The notes below the pieces were generated by a model. The model was not told the DNA's origin. It worked only from the letters and a program-made list of their open reading frames with translations, and searched no databases. Position numbers and translations under genes: made by a program. 64,000 bases of DNA from Macrostomum lignano (taxonomy: Eukaryota), in the NCBI GenBank assembly GCA_002269645.1, contig NIVC01001614.1:1-64000 (forward strand), given 5' to 3'. Within the stretch, counting starts at the first letter, position 1. Every line of letters starts with the position of its first letter. Positions 12,257 through 24,242 of this stretch are shown in pieces.

Positions 12257-13254
12257 CTGTAGAGAAATTATTGAATAAACTGTCAGATTTCGATTTCGAG
12301 AGCAACTAACGAGCACTTTTTTCTCTTGTCTGTCCCTGGTGCCACCAGCTCCTACAGAACGCAGGTGAGTTAAGCTAAACCAGATTTTATCAGTCCAGCT
12401 CAAGCAGCGTATGGACTCATAAGTTTGTTATCAGCTGCCATCTAGCAAGAGCTGGGCACATACCTGCAGCTATGCTTAAAAGCTTCAGAGCAAATAACTT
12501 AAAATTGTTTAAACTTTCTCCTGTGCATTAACTAGGTGGATTCTAATGTCTTATCGTGAAGGTCAAAAGCTCAATTTATCATGACTGTTGCGTGCCCAAA
12601 GTGCTATTACCTTATTACCAAGGTCATTGGCAGGAATGCTCTGTCTCTACATTTAATTGCTAACCCGCATCTGTGGTACAGCTAGAAAAGGTTAACAAGG
12701 GTCACTCTGTTCGCACGAGCGGCACCAAGACCAAGCAGATACCACTTTTTAGTCCTAATTGTCGCTAAACTCATGCTAATTCATGCCAAATTTTATCATT
12801 TAAAGGTATTTTTAGCCTACGAAAATTTATAGAGTGCAGGAAAACATCAGTTAAACTTCAGTAACATTTGTATATTAAGCTTAAAGTATATTAAGTTGTA
12901 AGCCGCGGACAGGTTTACGACTATGAGGCTAGCCTATAGCATACTCAAGCGAGCGGTTTAAGCGTTCATAAACTTCCGCTTTATGGAATAATGGATACGA
13001 TAGAGTGGGCTACTTGCACCTGGGGGCCCCAAAGTCTCTAAGAACCTCGCAGAATGCAGTGGAATTTTAACAAGTCAATCAATTCACCCTCTTCCTGCTG
13101 CTCAAAGGATTGAAAGCTCAGAGATCCATGTGCATGCAATCCATTCGCTTTTTACTCTTGAAAAAAATCAGTCATAGCTGTATTACTGTCAGTAGCATTA
13201 ACATATTTTCATAGAATGAAATAAAGATGGAACAAACAAACTAACAGAAATAAA

Positions 13255-13501
<247 letters not shown>

Positions 13502-14169
13502 TCAGAGACATCTCCAGTATATACTTGAATATGTTTCACGGAACATATGAATACAGTATGCCTGGTTTCCATCTCTCCCCTCTTCTCTACCCCCTCTCCC
13601 TCTCCCAATCCGATCCAGCAGCCTCCTATAGCTGCTGGCCTTGCAAATACGCAGCTATTGATTGTATTGACAATCAACACGAGGACTGCCGCGGATTGAA
13701 GGCCGTGTGCAGGACGTGATGCAAGGCAGACTCATTGTTCCTCGCTGAAGTGGGAGAAGGAGAGAGACTTGGGCGACGGCGAGGATGGCATACTGCTCGC
13801 AAAATATGGGCAAAAGAGAAAAGAGCTGGAAAGAGAAAAACAGGGTAGAGAACCAGGTAGGCTCAGTCTCCAGCTCTGCCATCCCTTCAAAGCCGACCCT
13901 CGCCACTCAACAACAGAGCAGCAGTGGATGGTTGGCATAGCGATAGGGCGGAGGAAGGGGGGGGCAAAAAAGCAGGGATGGAGGGGAAGGAAGCGCGCAT
14001 AATATTGTTGATTTCCTCTCTGTCTAGCGTGGGCAGCGAGAAGCAGTTGCCACGGACGCGAGTGTAGAGTCTTCTTTCTCACTGGCAGATTGCAACTATC
14101 ATTCTCAATACTTGTATATCGCATCGTCAGTTTGATAGCAGCGGATTTTTTTTGTTTGCAGCAATAAGG

Positions 14170-17100
14170 ATGAGCGCTGCACTGGTTGCTCATTCAGCAA
14201 CGACTCAGTCAGGACAGCGAGAGCGCATCCGACGTCGCCTAGTTGACAGCGGCTTCCTGGATGTTGAACGGTCGAGCCTACACCGGGCACTAGACGAGGG
14301 TCGGTACCAGGCTGTGCTTTATCAGCTCAAATTAGGTATGGATCCCAATGTTCGAAGTCGGCATGGACTGACGCCTTTGATGCGATGCGCCCAGGTAGGC
14401 AAAGGATCTGGAGGGATTGCTCTTTGATTGTACAGTTCGGTCCCTACTTAATTCTATGGGCAACTGAAGTTAGAAGTATACGCTACGCCAAGGAAGCCTC
14501 TCTATATTCGCTTCGCTCCTTTGCGATCGCAAAGCTAGACTTTGCGCGAACGCGTTACAGGACGCTTTACTGTAGCGTCCTTCATGGGGTTTGTAGCTTG
14601 GCTCTGCTCGTGCAATTAACGCCCAGCTTGAAGGCCAACCCCCAAGGCACAGTGAAGTGCACATGCCCAACGATAAACAAAGCTAGGGCCGCTGTACACT
14701 CCTGTGTGAGTGCGTATGACTGCGTACGCATCCGCGCGCTTGTGTGCCTGCTCAGGGGAGTCGGCGGAATGGGCAGTAATGCCTGTCGCCGGCCGTGTGA
14801 CAATGTCGATTAAAGTGCGCCAGACCCCTTGATCGAAAAAGAAAGTAGCTCTCTTCTAGGTCAGTTGTCCATGCGTCGTAAACGCTACTACATGTATCGT
14901 AGTCATTATGCTTTGAGTTGAGTTCATTGTAAAAAATCAGCCTTTAGGATAATGCAATCGTCTATGGTTAAACCATGAGCACATTTATTTATTTTTTTCA
15001 CTTAAACTTCAGGATAATGATTTCAAACTCGGGATAATGGACGCCTATTTTTAGAAGAAACCGGAAAACACCAACAACAAAAGATTAGCGCTATGGAAAG
15101 TTAATTGTGCAGTATCAATATGGCGCAATTGTCATAGTGCCGAAGACCATTACAGATTTCAATTGTTGAAAGTGCAGTTGTTCATAATAAAGATATTCCG
15201 ACCGTTCATCTGACGACCATGAGACACGCTCACTGCTTCTTTCACGATGGAACTTTGGATGCTGATGTCAGCAGGCATTGTTACTTGACCGTGGGTCGCG
15301 GCGCTTTGTCCCATGTTCAACGCACGCGACACTGCATCGCTGCATTGTTGCAGGGACTTGTCCCGTTTAACTGCCAGGTAGCGCCGGACCGTGCTCTCGG
15401 ACTTTTGACCCGTGATAGCCATGATCTCGCTCATCGAATGCCCAGCCGATTCCAGGTCTCAAGAAAGTGCAAGAAGTTCAAAAAGTCTTCGTTATCCTTC
15501 ATGTCCCTCTGAGATGTGGAAAGTCTTGAGATCCAATTGAGTTCGCTGCTAGATACGTTGGCTAAACTTTCGACAGGCAGATTGCCCCAGTTGATCGGAT
15601 ATGACGTCTTGTTCTCCATGGCCAAGCGAATGTAGCTATTTACGTTTTATTCTCTCTTTCTCTCCACATCTCCTTCCTTTCCACCCTCTTAACCCCCAGC
15701 CTGTTTGCAACTTCGTTGTCTATGGCCCAAACTCCAGTAAACCACCTCAGTCTTTATGTCTCTCTCTCCTCGGTAACCCCTCTCTCCTTTCGATGTTCTT
15801 TTTGTCTATGGCCCCACTGAAATTCGACAATGGGGCCGGACTATTATCCTAAAGTCTCACTTACGAATAACCAACCATTGTGAGTTTAAAAATTGTCTAT
15901 GGTTTTTGTTTATGGTTAAAAATTTGGCTTAATTTACAGTGAGTTTTTCACTGCTTCGCGTGATATAGAACCTGTGTTAGACAGTTTTGCCAAGGTTAAA
16001 TGCATTTCCAAGTGATTCTATCGCTATAATTTGCATTTGCGTTTTGTTTCATCATAATTCAAGTTTTTTAATGAATTTAATGAATTTTCCAATTATCACC
16101 AAACAGGTGCGACCCCCATCGGCTAGTCTGCAGCTGATTCGGGCCCTACTCGATCGAGGCGCCGATCCGGATTTGACAGATTCTTACGGCAACAATCTCC
16201 TTCAAGTGGCCGTGCGAGAGTCCAACATCGCTCTGGTCCGTCTTCTCCTAACCGAGAACAATGTGAACTTTCACCACCGGAATGCCAATGGCGACACGGT
16301 GCTGCACCTGCTAGCTGGCCAATCGCCCGAACTGTGCCGGATGGTTCTGCGAGCAGCCAGGCGCTTCCATATCGACTGCGATCAGGGCAACGCGGACGGC
16401 GTCACTCCGTTGATGGCCGCCTGTCGCGCTGGCAACCTGCCAGTGGCCCAGCTGTTTGCCAGCTCCGGCAGCGCCTCTTTCACTAAGCGAGACCTTCGTC
16501 GACGTTGGACAGCCTACGATTGGCTGCGCACTGGCTTGGGCAGAGCTGGCGACAGCTCCGGCAAGCTCGACGAGATGCAACCGCAGCAGCAGCAGCAATG
16601 GTTGCTTCGACTGCAACACCCGGAGTTAGCAGCCGAATCGGAGGCCGATCCCTATCAGCAGATTCGGGAGTCCAGGCGACTGGAAACTCTGTCGCGATTG
16701 TTCAATACGGCTCAGCCGCGACGCGACTCCGGTCAACCTGATGCCGATGAGGATCAACAAGACCAGCAGGGTAGTGAGCGCCAGACCGTCGCTGCAGCAG
16801 AGGCGCCTCACCTTCCGCCGGTTCCGGCCACTCGTCAGGCGTCTCAGCTGCAGCTGCTGGAAGACGCTCGCAGTCGAAGCAGTCAGAGCAGCTTCTGCCG
16901 AGCTGCCACTGCCGATTGTCGAATTAGCCAGGTGAGAGTCCTACGCTGTTTTCCGCTATAAGCGACATTGTCACACAACCGGCGAGAAGCATTTGCCCGG
17001 TCGGCAGGCACACAAGCGCGCGGACACGTACGGAGTCATACGCACAGGCACACACTCACACAGGAGTCTGCACAGCGACCCTAACTTTATTTATCGTTAG

Positions 17101-18177
17101 GCATGTACACTTCACTGCGCCTCGGGGCCCGGCCCTCAAGCTGGGTGTCTTGACTTACTTTACTTAGCTGCAGGGTGGTCCGTAGACACAGCGGGGAGGC
17201 GAGGGTCACCCATTCCGCTAGCCCCTGAAGGCCCGCAGACAGGCAGAGGCGTGGGGCCGGTCAGGGTGGTCCGCCAGTCCGTCCTGCAGCGTGATATTCT
17301 GTGGGGAAGAAAGTGGCTCGTCTTGTCGCCTAAAGGAACTGGATGAGCCGTGGGATGCTGTCGGGCTGGCAGACCTCGTCAATGGACGGGTTCGGCCCTG
17401 AGGGAGCGTAGCCGGTCTCTGGTAAAGAAAGGGCAGTGATAAACAAAGTGCTTAGCAGGGTGTTAATTGCACGAGCGGAGCGAAGCCGAGATTCCAATTT
17501 AGCCTCAAATTAATATTTGACGGCACTTGGAGTCGAATCTGGGCCGCTGGCACATCAGAGCGCCGCGCTGGACGACTGGGCTACGGCCCTCTTTCATTAA
17601 AGCTATTCAAAGCCACTCATTAGGAGACAGGGGAGCCCAACAAGACGTCCCATGCTGGCAGCCCTTAGGGTTGCAACCACCTCTAATTAAAACTTCTACA
17701 TTCTCCAATTAATTAGACGATGATGTACAATTCATTGTTGATCCATTCTACGAGCACATAGAATAATAGATACAATTGCTTCCGTGTGTTCCTCACGCGC
17801 AGGCCCGCTTAATCAGCGGCATATTCAACGCCTACGAGACGACGCTCACCGGCGGCTATCGTAGACCGGCGGTGCCGCTGCCAGCGTCTGCAGCCTTCGG
17901 AGTAGCGGACGGCGGCGCTGATCAGATTCGGCCGGGCTCGAGGCCGCACTCCCGGCTGAGCAGCGGCCGATCGCAGCGCAGCCCGTTGAACAATAGCAAC
18001 AACAGCGGCTCGATGGCGCGCCGAATGACCGAGTTCGCCGGCGCTGGGATGCGTTTGAAGCAGCGACTCCGTAACGGGGCACGAATGTCCGAGGCGGGGC
18101 CGGACACCGGCTCATCGCTGCTGCTCAACACCAGCCAGGATAGCGGAGGACTGCGGCGTCTGTCATCGAGGATTTAA
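14170..18177 (+). CDS. Ankyrin-repeat protein (ANKRD34/ANKRD63-like N-terminal repeats, low-complexity C-terminus), 474 aa
   Basis: Exons 14170-14394, 16107-16931 and 17803-18177, all phase 0 with GT-AG sites. Ankyrin motifs GLTPLMRCA, GADPDLTDSYGNNLLQVA, GDTVLHLLA and GVTPLMAACRAGN. The segment LRAARRFHIDCDQGNADGVTPL resembles ANKRD63 from memory. Confidence 0.88.
14596..14825 (+). mobile_element. tRNA-derived SINE family 1, 5'-truncated copy
   Basis: Co-linear with 35224-35468. Confidence 0.85.
15159..15625 (-). mobile_element. Crypton-like (tyrosine-recombinase DNA transposon) remnant, internally deleted or frameshifted
   Basis: The minus strand reads DLESAGHSMSEIMAITGQKSESTVRRY, matching the YR box II pattern L..AG....I...TG[H]KS......Y. 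It ends in IFIMNNCTFNN*, like DUF3504/Crypton C-termini. The upstream HxxR motif is absent. Confidence 0.5.
16958..17591 (-). mobile_element. tRNA-derived SINE family 1, full-length copy interrupted by a LINE fragment
   Basis: Minus-strand head GAGGGCCGTAGCCCAGTCG (A box) ... GATTCGACTCC (B box). The body resumes on both sides of the insertion at 17149-17457. Confidence 0.85.
17149..17457 (-). mobile_element. 5'-truncated non-LTR retrotransposon 3' end with a 6-bp TSD
   Basis: TSD GGGTGT at 17143-17148 and 17458-17463. The minus strand encodes AKHFVYHCPFF (end of the ORF2 CCHC knuckle), then after a 1-nt shift GPNPSIDEVCQPDSIPRLIQFL*. The tail is TAAGTAAAGTAAGTCAAG. Confidence 0.75.
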
Positions 18178-18297
18178 CAGATCGATAGATGATTTAATAA
18201 ATGATACCAGCTAGAATTTCGCTAAAATGACGTTTTTATAAAGTTTTTACTTAACTGAAATTACATTCCTAGGTAGTTGTACATGTACAATTTGGAT

Positions 18298-18405
18298 GTA
18301 CAAGTGGTTAGAGCATCGGAGTCACGACTGAAAGGTCGGGGGTTCGATTCCCGCGACCCACTCGGAAAAATGTGTCCTTGAGCAAGACGCTTAACTCTGC
18401 TTTTC
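18298..18405 (+). mobile_element. tRNA-derived SINE fragment with a CORE-like domain
   Basis: A box AGTGGTTAGAGC (18303) and B box GGTTCGATTCC (18341-18351). TGTGTCCTTGAGCAAGACGCTTAACTCT (from 18371) resembles the CORE-SINE TGTGACCTTGGGCAAGTCACTTAACCTCT. Confidence 0.6.
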
Positions 18406-18919
18406 TTCAGTTTTACGAGTATATTATTATTATATTACATGTATTGTACATGCACATTGGGGTTTTATCCCACGCCGGTAAAATTATAAGGATCCTGGTA
18501 CGTTATCTGCACATTATACCGGCCTCCAAAGATTACTCACACCGATTGTATACTGCAGTACATGGTCGATTTATAGCGATACGCAAATATAAAAGAAAAC
18601 TTAACTTACTTTTACTGGTATTCATATGTACCTTGGCAGTGTCTATAAAATACTATAATCTGTATATCTGTATATATATCTGTAAAATAAAATAAAAATT
18701 ATTTTAAAAGTTAAGTAAATTGACCTCTCTGCGATATACTCGTATATAATTGCCATATTATTACATGTAGATACATGTACATGTTAGAAGGGACAGGAAA
18801 ACAATTGGTCAAACAAAAAAATTAGAAATAGAATAATTAGTTTGGAGATTATTCTGCATGATCACATGATTGATCACAATGGCCGGCTGTTCTACGTGTA
18901 GTTATTTTACTGGAGATAG

Positions 18920-19050
18920 CGACTTTTGCCAGCCTACGTTTGCCAGCCGACTTTGCCAGCGGGACGTTTGCCAACCGGTGTTTGCGAGCCGAGCCGTTTT
19001 TCCAACCGGCGTTTGCCAGCCGACGTTCGTTCTGGCCTGCAGGCCGGGTT
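18920..19050. repeat. Degenerate short tandem repeat (TTTGCCAGCCGAC-like)
   Basis: About 7 imperfect copies read directly. Confidence 0.7.
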
Positions 19051-22000
19051 CGATTTCTAGCAAGTAGAACAGTGATAAATCGTACTTTTTCTCACCTTGA
19101 CTGCCATGAGATTCGCGCTAAAGAAACAATGAAAGAATTCGGCCCCGCACTAATTAATCATGGCAGTCTAATCTAATTAATTAGCCAATTGTGGACCTGT
19201 TAAATTACTGTACTATAGGCCTAACTGCTCACTCACAGTGAGCGCACAAAGTGTTACCTTTTTTGGGACACCCGTTATATTCGTATGTCAGCATCAGTAG
19301 GTATGATGCAAAAAGTCTATTCACCATAGACATCTGCTGACTTCAGGAAAGTCGTTAACGTCGGCAGATATGAAACTCAAGTACGGATTTCTTTCAGTAG
19401 AAGTTTAACAAAATAACTACCATAACTAACCCTGCATTAAGCCCAAGCATAGAGGAGACGAATTAATTTTAATATAATGGCCAATTTATTTGTAAATATC
19501 TGCATATTTATTGTACAAATTTCTCATTTTAATCTGTACATGAAAAAATGTACATGTCAAGGACGACTTAAGTAGACTACTTAAGTCGTCCTTGGTACAT
19601 GTACATGCATATGGCCAATGAACAATAGACAGATGAACTTGCCGACTTAATCTCTCAGAGTCGGTGGCTCTTCATATGTACAAAAGACAAAATATGCTGT
19701 TCGTTATTTGCTGTATTGCTAACTATAACTTTTACCTAATATATTGCTTGATGTTAGAATGTAGGCTAGGCCTAATTAAGATCCTTGCTTGAAGATCTGG
19801 TGTACATCTACATGTATGTACTGATGTACCTGTGGCTGTACCATACCATACCTGGCATACCACATGATTATGGTATACCATACCACAACCACAAGGCATA
19901 AGCAATTTAAAGGTGCATTAGCTGTGTTGCAATGCAATGCTAGTATTAGATTTTGCCACAGTGTCATATGATGTCCTAGCTTGGAAAATTAAAAAGTGTA
20001 GCACAAGAATGCCATGCCATTATGTCAATGTCAATGAAAATGAAATAATTTTATTAAATCTAAAATTCAAAATTGCACTGGATGGCATTTACAAAAGAGC
20101 TAGGCCTAGTTAGTCTGATAGGCATAGGGAGGGACAAGGTAAGGGTATTAGGGATTAGGTAGCAAGGTCAGTAGCCTATGCTATGTCTATGACAAACAAA
20201 AGAAGCTATAGGCCTAATCAAATAAAAAATATGTGGCTAGGACTAGGCCTGCAGGCTGCAGCCTACTTTGCTCAATAGCAATAAGGCCATAGGGGCCTAT
20301 TGTATTGTCTCAATTGAATATTGCTCACTTATAAATAGGTATAGGCCTTATTTGCCATTGCTAACTAGGCTTAAGGTAGGGTAGTAGGGTCTAATTATGT
20401 TTAATAGGCCCTAGGCCTAGTTCCCTAGTAATTTTTTTTGGAAAATTGGAAGTATTTTATAAACCTAAACTTGAAAAAGTACACATACATATTTTTATAT
20501 ATCTATATTTTGCTTTAAAAAAATCTTAAATTTATTAGGCTTAGGCCTATATTACCAAATTTTCTATGGTTTAGGTTGAGGCCTACTTAAAACCAATATA
20601 CCACTTAAATTGATGCTGGCTTAAAAAGGTAATAGTTTAGGCCCAATATAATATTAATAAATAGGCCTAAAATAAGCCTAATAACAATAATGCAATATCA
20701 ATAGGCATAGACCTATCATTAAACAATAATGTTTTAATTTAAATTCATTTGATTATGATTGGTTATTTAAAATGTTTTATATTATATATATTTATTATTA
20801 GGCCTATAATATAAGATTGGTATGCAAGGAGGCATGTCAATCAAATTTATTTAAAGACTAGCTTAATATTATTAAATTAGCATAAAAACCTTCTTACCAA
20901 TGACAGTGTAGAAAATCTACCTATTATCTTAGTTTTTATTTCATTTTTAGTTATTATCATTATTATCAATTCATTTTTATTTTTAGTATATTTGATTACC
21001 ATTTTAGAAAATTATTTTGTGACCTATTATAAATATTTTATAGGCCTAAATAGTTAGACTAAGGCCTACTATACATAAAAATATTTTAAGAAAAACATTT
21101 ATAGGCATAGGCCTAACAATAAAAGCTAATTAGCGAAAACAAAAATTTCAATAATAAGCTCATTGTTCAAAGAGGTTTCTAAATGATTTGAAGTTAATGG
21201 CAAATGTTAAAATAAAATAAACATTTAAGCAAGGTCTTAAGCAAGATATTTTAGTTGGCTATATTTATGATTTCTTTAAGTCTATATAATATACAAGTGT
21301 ATTATAAATAAAAAACCAATTATATAGGGTTATGAAAGTCAATAATTAAGTCATTATAGAAAAGAATAACTCTTAAATTATTTACTACTGTCTAATTTGA
21401 AGATGCTTTAGACTTAAAGAAAAAGCCCATTTTAATCAATGTTTAAAGCTAAAATTAAACTTATTTAGTTATTTATAGTTAACAATAATATATATTGAAT
21501 ATTCTGTTCTATTGTGCAACTAATTGTTCTCTAATAAACCATAGGCCTAAACAAAGTTAAGTAGGCCTAGTAGATAAATTATAAATAATATAATCTTTAG
21601 TTTTAATAGCCTTTCATCATATAGAATTCTTTTAAATTTGAAATTTTAATACATAAAAATGACAAGAATTCTTCAACTACAAGTCAAAAGCAGAATAGTG
21701 AATTATAAAATTTAAAAAAAATGATAGGAATGTAAGTATCAACTCTACGATAAATGGAATATATTGTTACTATAAAAGTAATTTGGGGCCTATACATGCT
21801 TTCTATGACTGTCTGAAAGTCATAGAATTGCTGGGCCAGCCTGAGTTTTAATCTGCTTAGTTTTGATGCCATATGTCTCAATATTATAAAAATATAAGTT
21901 ATAAGATGATAATTTTTTTTCTTAAACTCAAAATATTTAGATATTTAATGAGATATACATTGTAATATCATGCTTTTAGCATATTAAATATTTTATACTT

Positions 22001-22102
22001 GATTGGTAGGTTCCTACCAATGGCAGTATAGGCTTCATGATAATAATATATTCAAACTTCAGCCATGCTTGACATATGCTTTGGGCTAATTCATGAAAAC
22101 AA

Positions 22103-24069
22103 ATGGCAGAAGATTCTTTGTCTGCAACAGCATCTGCAAGAGAGCAGACAGGACTGTCTAGTTCTATAGAGTCTGCTGAAAGGGCAGTAATTGAGGGCTG
22201 GATTCAAGTACAAGGTTTCCTTGGTCAACGATGGAGCAATCGTTATGCTCAATTATTTTCCAATGGCCAATTTCTTGTCTACAAAAAGAAATCAAACAGC
22301 CCTGAGTTGGATGACTTGTTGCTTCTGCAACAATTAGATTTGACTAAATGCGACCTGAAGACCTTTGATGACACTGCTGATGAGAAAGAATTTCAGTTTA
22401 GCATTCTGCCTACAACTGGTGAGGTTGTGTTCCAAGCACTCCTTTGTAGCTTTTCATATTTTATGCTCAACATCTGTCTCAAGTTGCTTTGGCCAGCATT
22501 CCAGATTCCCAGTTGCTAGGCCAGTCTCACAGATCCTGAGTTGCTCGGCCAGTCTCCCAGATCCTCAGTTGCTGGGGCAGCCTCCCAGATCTTCAGTTGC
22601 TGGGCCAGCATCCCAGATCCTCAGTTACTGGGCCAGCCTCTCAGACCCTCAGTTGCTGGGCCAGCCTCCCAGATCATCAGTTGCTGGGCCAGCCTCCCAG
22701 ATCTTCAGTTGCTGGGCCAGCCTCCCAGACATACATGCGCAACAGTCGGCCGAGTCGGCCGATCCGGCCGACCGATTTGGCGGCCAACCAAGGAAGTCGC
22801 AAAAATGCCGACCCGAAAAAAAACCTAGTAGTACTAAGTAGCTGACGAGGCATTTTGGCTTTATAAGACAGTCATAGTTACTTCTGCCGTTTACCCAGAG
22901 TTGCGTTAATTTTGCTTTCGGGTTTTTTTACATGTAAGTCGCATTTTTGGCCAAAAACTACGTCGCATTTTTGTTAAAACTAAGTCGCACGGCCGACCAA
23001 AATTTGGAGGTTGCGCATGTGTGCTCCCAGATCCTCAGTTGCTGGGCGAGCCTCCCAGTGTCAGTTGCTGGACCAGCCTCCCAGATCCTCAGTTGCTCGG
23101 CCAGCCTCTCAGATCCTCAGTTGCTGGGCCAGCCTCCCAGATCCTCAGTTGCTCGGCCAGCCTCCCTCATCCTCAGTTGCCGGGCCATCCCTCTAGATAC
23201 TCTACTCAGCTGTTCCAACATTCCGCCTACAACAAGCCCATAATATAACAAAGACTTCACCCGCCAATTGCTACAAAGACTCCTCAGCCGCAGCGTCAGC
23301 GCCTACTCCGCTAACAATTCGCGTGAGCTCGCGTCCCCAGTTGAAACGCTGGCTAGTGCAGCTCTACTTGGTTGCCTACGCCAGCCGCGGCGGTGTAGCA
23401 TTCGGCCAGCCGCTGTCCGAGGTCATGACCCGTCAGGTGGCCGCCGGTGGCCAGGCTTACCTGCCCCGCCTAGTAGGCGACTGCCTTGACCGACTGTCCC
23501 TGCTGCTCACGCCGGAGTCTTGCCAATCGCCAATCCGGTTGCGCGCAAGCGGACGCGCCTCGTCTGTGCGCCAATTGAAACGCGCCTATCAGCGCGGCGA
23601 CCGGGTCCGGCCGCTCGAGTTCTCCGCTAACGACGCCGTCTCGTTGCTCCGATTGTATCTGGCCGAATTGCCCGAGCCAGTGGTGCCGGCCAAGGTTCGG
23701 GCCGAACTGCTGGCGCGTTGTTCCACGTCTTTGCGGCGAAAGAGCGGCGGGAGCGTGCTGCTTGGGATGGCCGGCAGTGATCAGCTGCAGTTGGCTTCTG
23801 AAGCGTCACAGAAAGAGAAAGATGATTTTTCTACTGGTAAGGTGCTTTTATATTGTCTATATAGTCTTTTATATACTACTAGTGACTGGTATTTACTCGT
23901 AGATATTTAGTTAGTTAGCTAGCTAGTTAGTCAGTTAGCTATTTAGTTAGTAAGTTAGTCAGTCAGTTAGCTAGTTAGTCAGTTGGTTAGTTAGTTAGTT
24001 AGTTAGTTAGTCAGTTAGCTAGTTAGTTAGTTAGTAAGTTAGTCAGTCAGTTAGCTAGTTAGTCAGTTG

Positions 24070-24114
<45 letters not shown>

Positions 24115-24209
24115 CTAGTTAGTCAGTTAGCTAGTTAGTTAGTTAGTTAGTTAGTTAGCTAGTTAGTCAGTTGGTTAGTTAGTTAGTTAGTTAGCTAGTT
24201 AGTCAGTTG

Positions 24210-24242
<33 letters not shown>

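Noticed and set aside
18298-18365. Functional tRNA gene (also 10830-10897, 17525-17591, 35133-35190)
   Set aside because: A and B boxes are present but there is no complete cloverleaf or acceptor stem, and each continues into SINE body sequence.
19247-19274. Possible Tc1/mariner TIR end (reverse strand CGGGTGTCCCAAAAAAAGGTAACACTTTG)
   Set aside because: No partner TIR or transposase was found in the window, so there is too little support.
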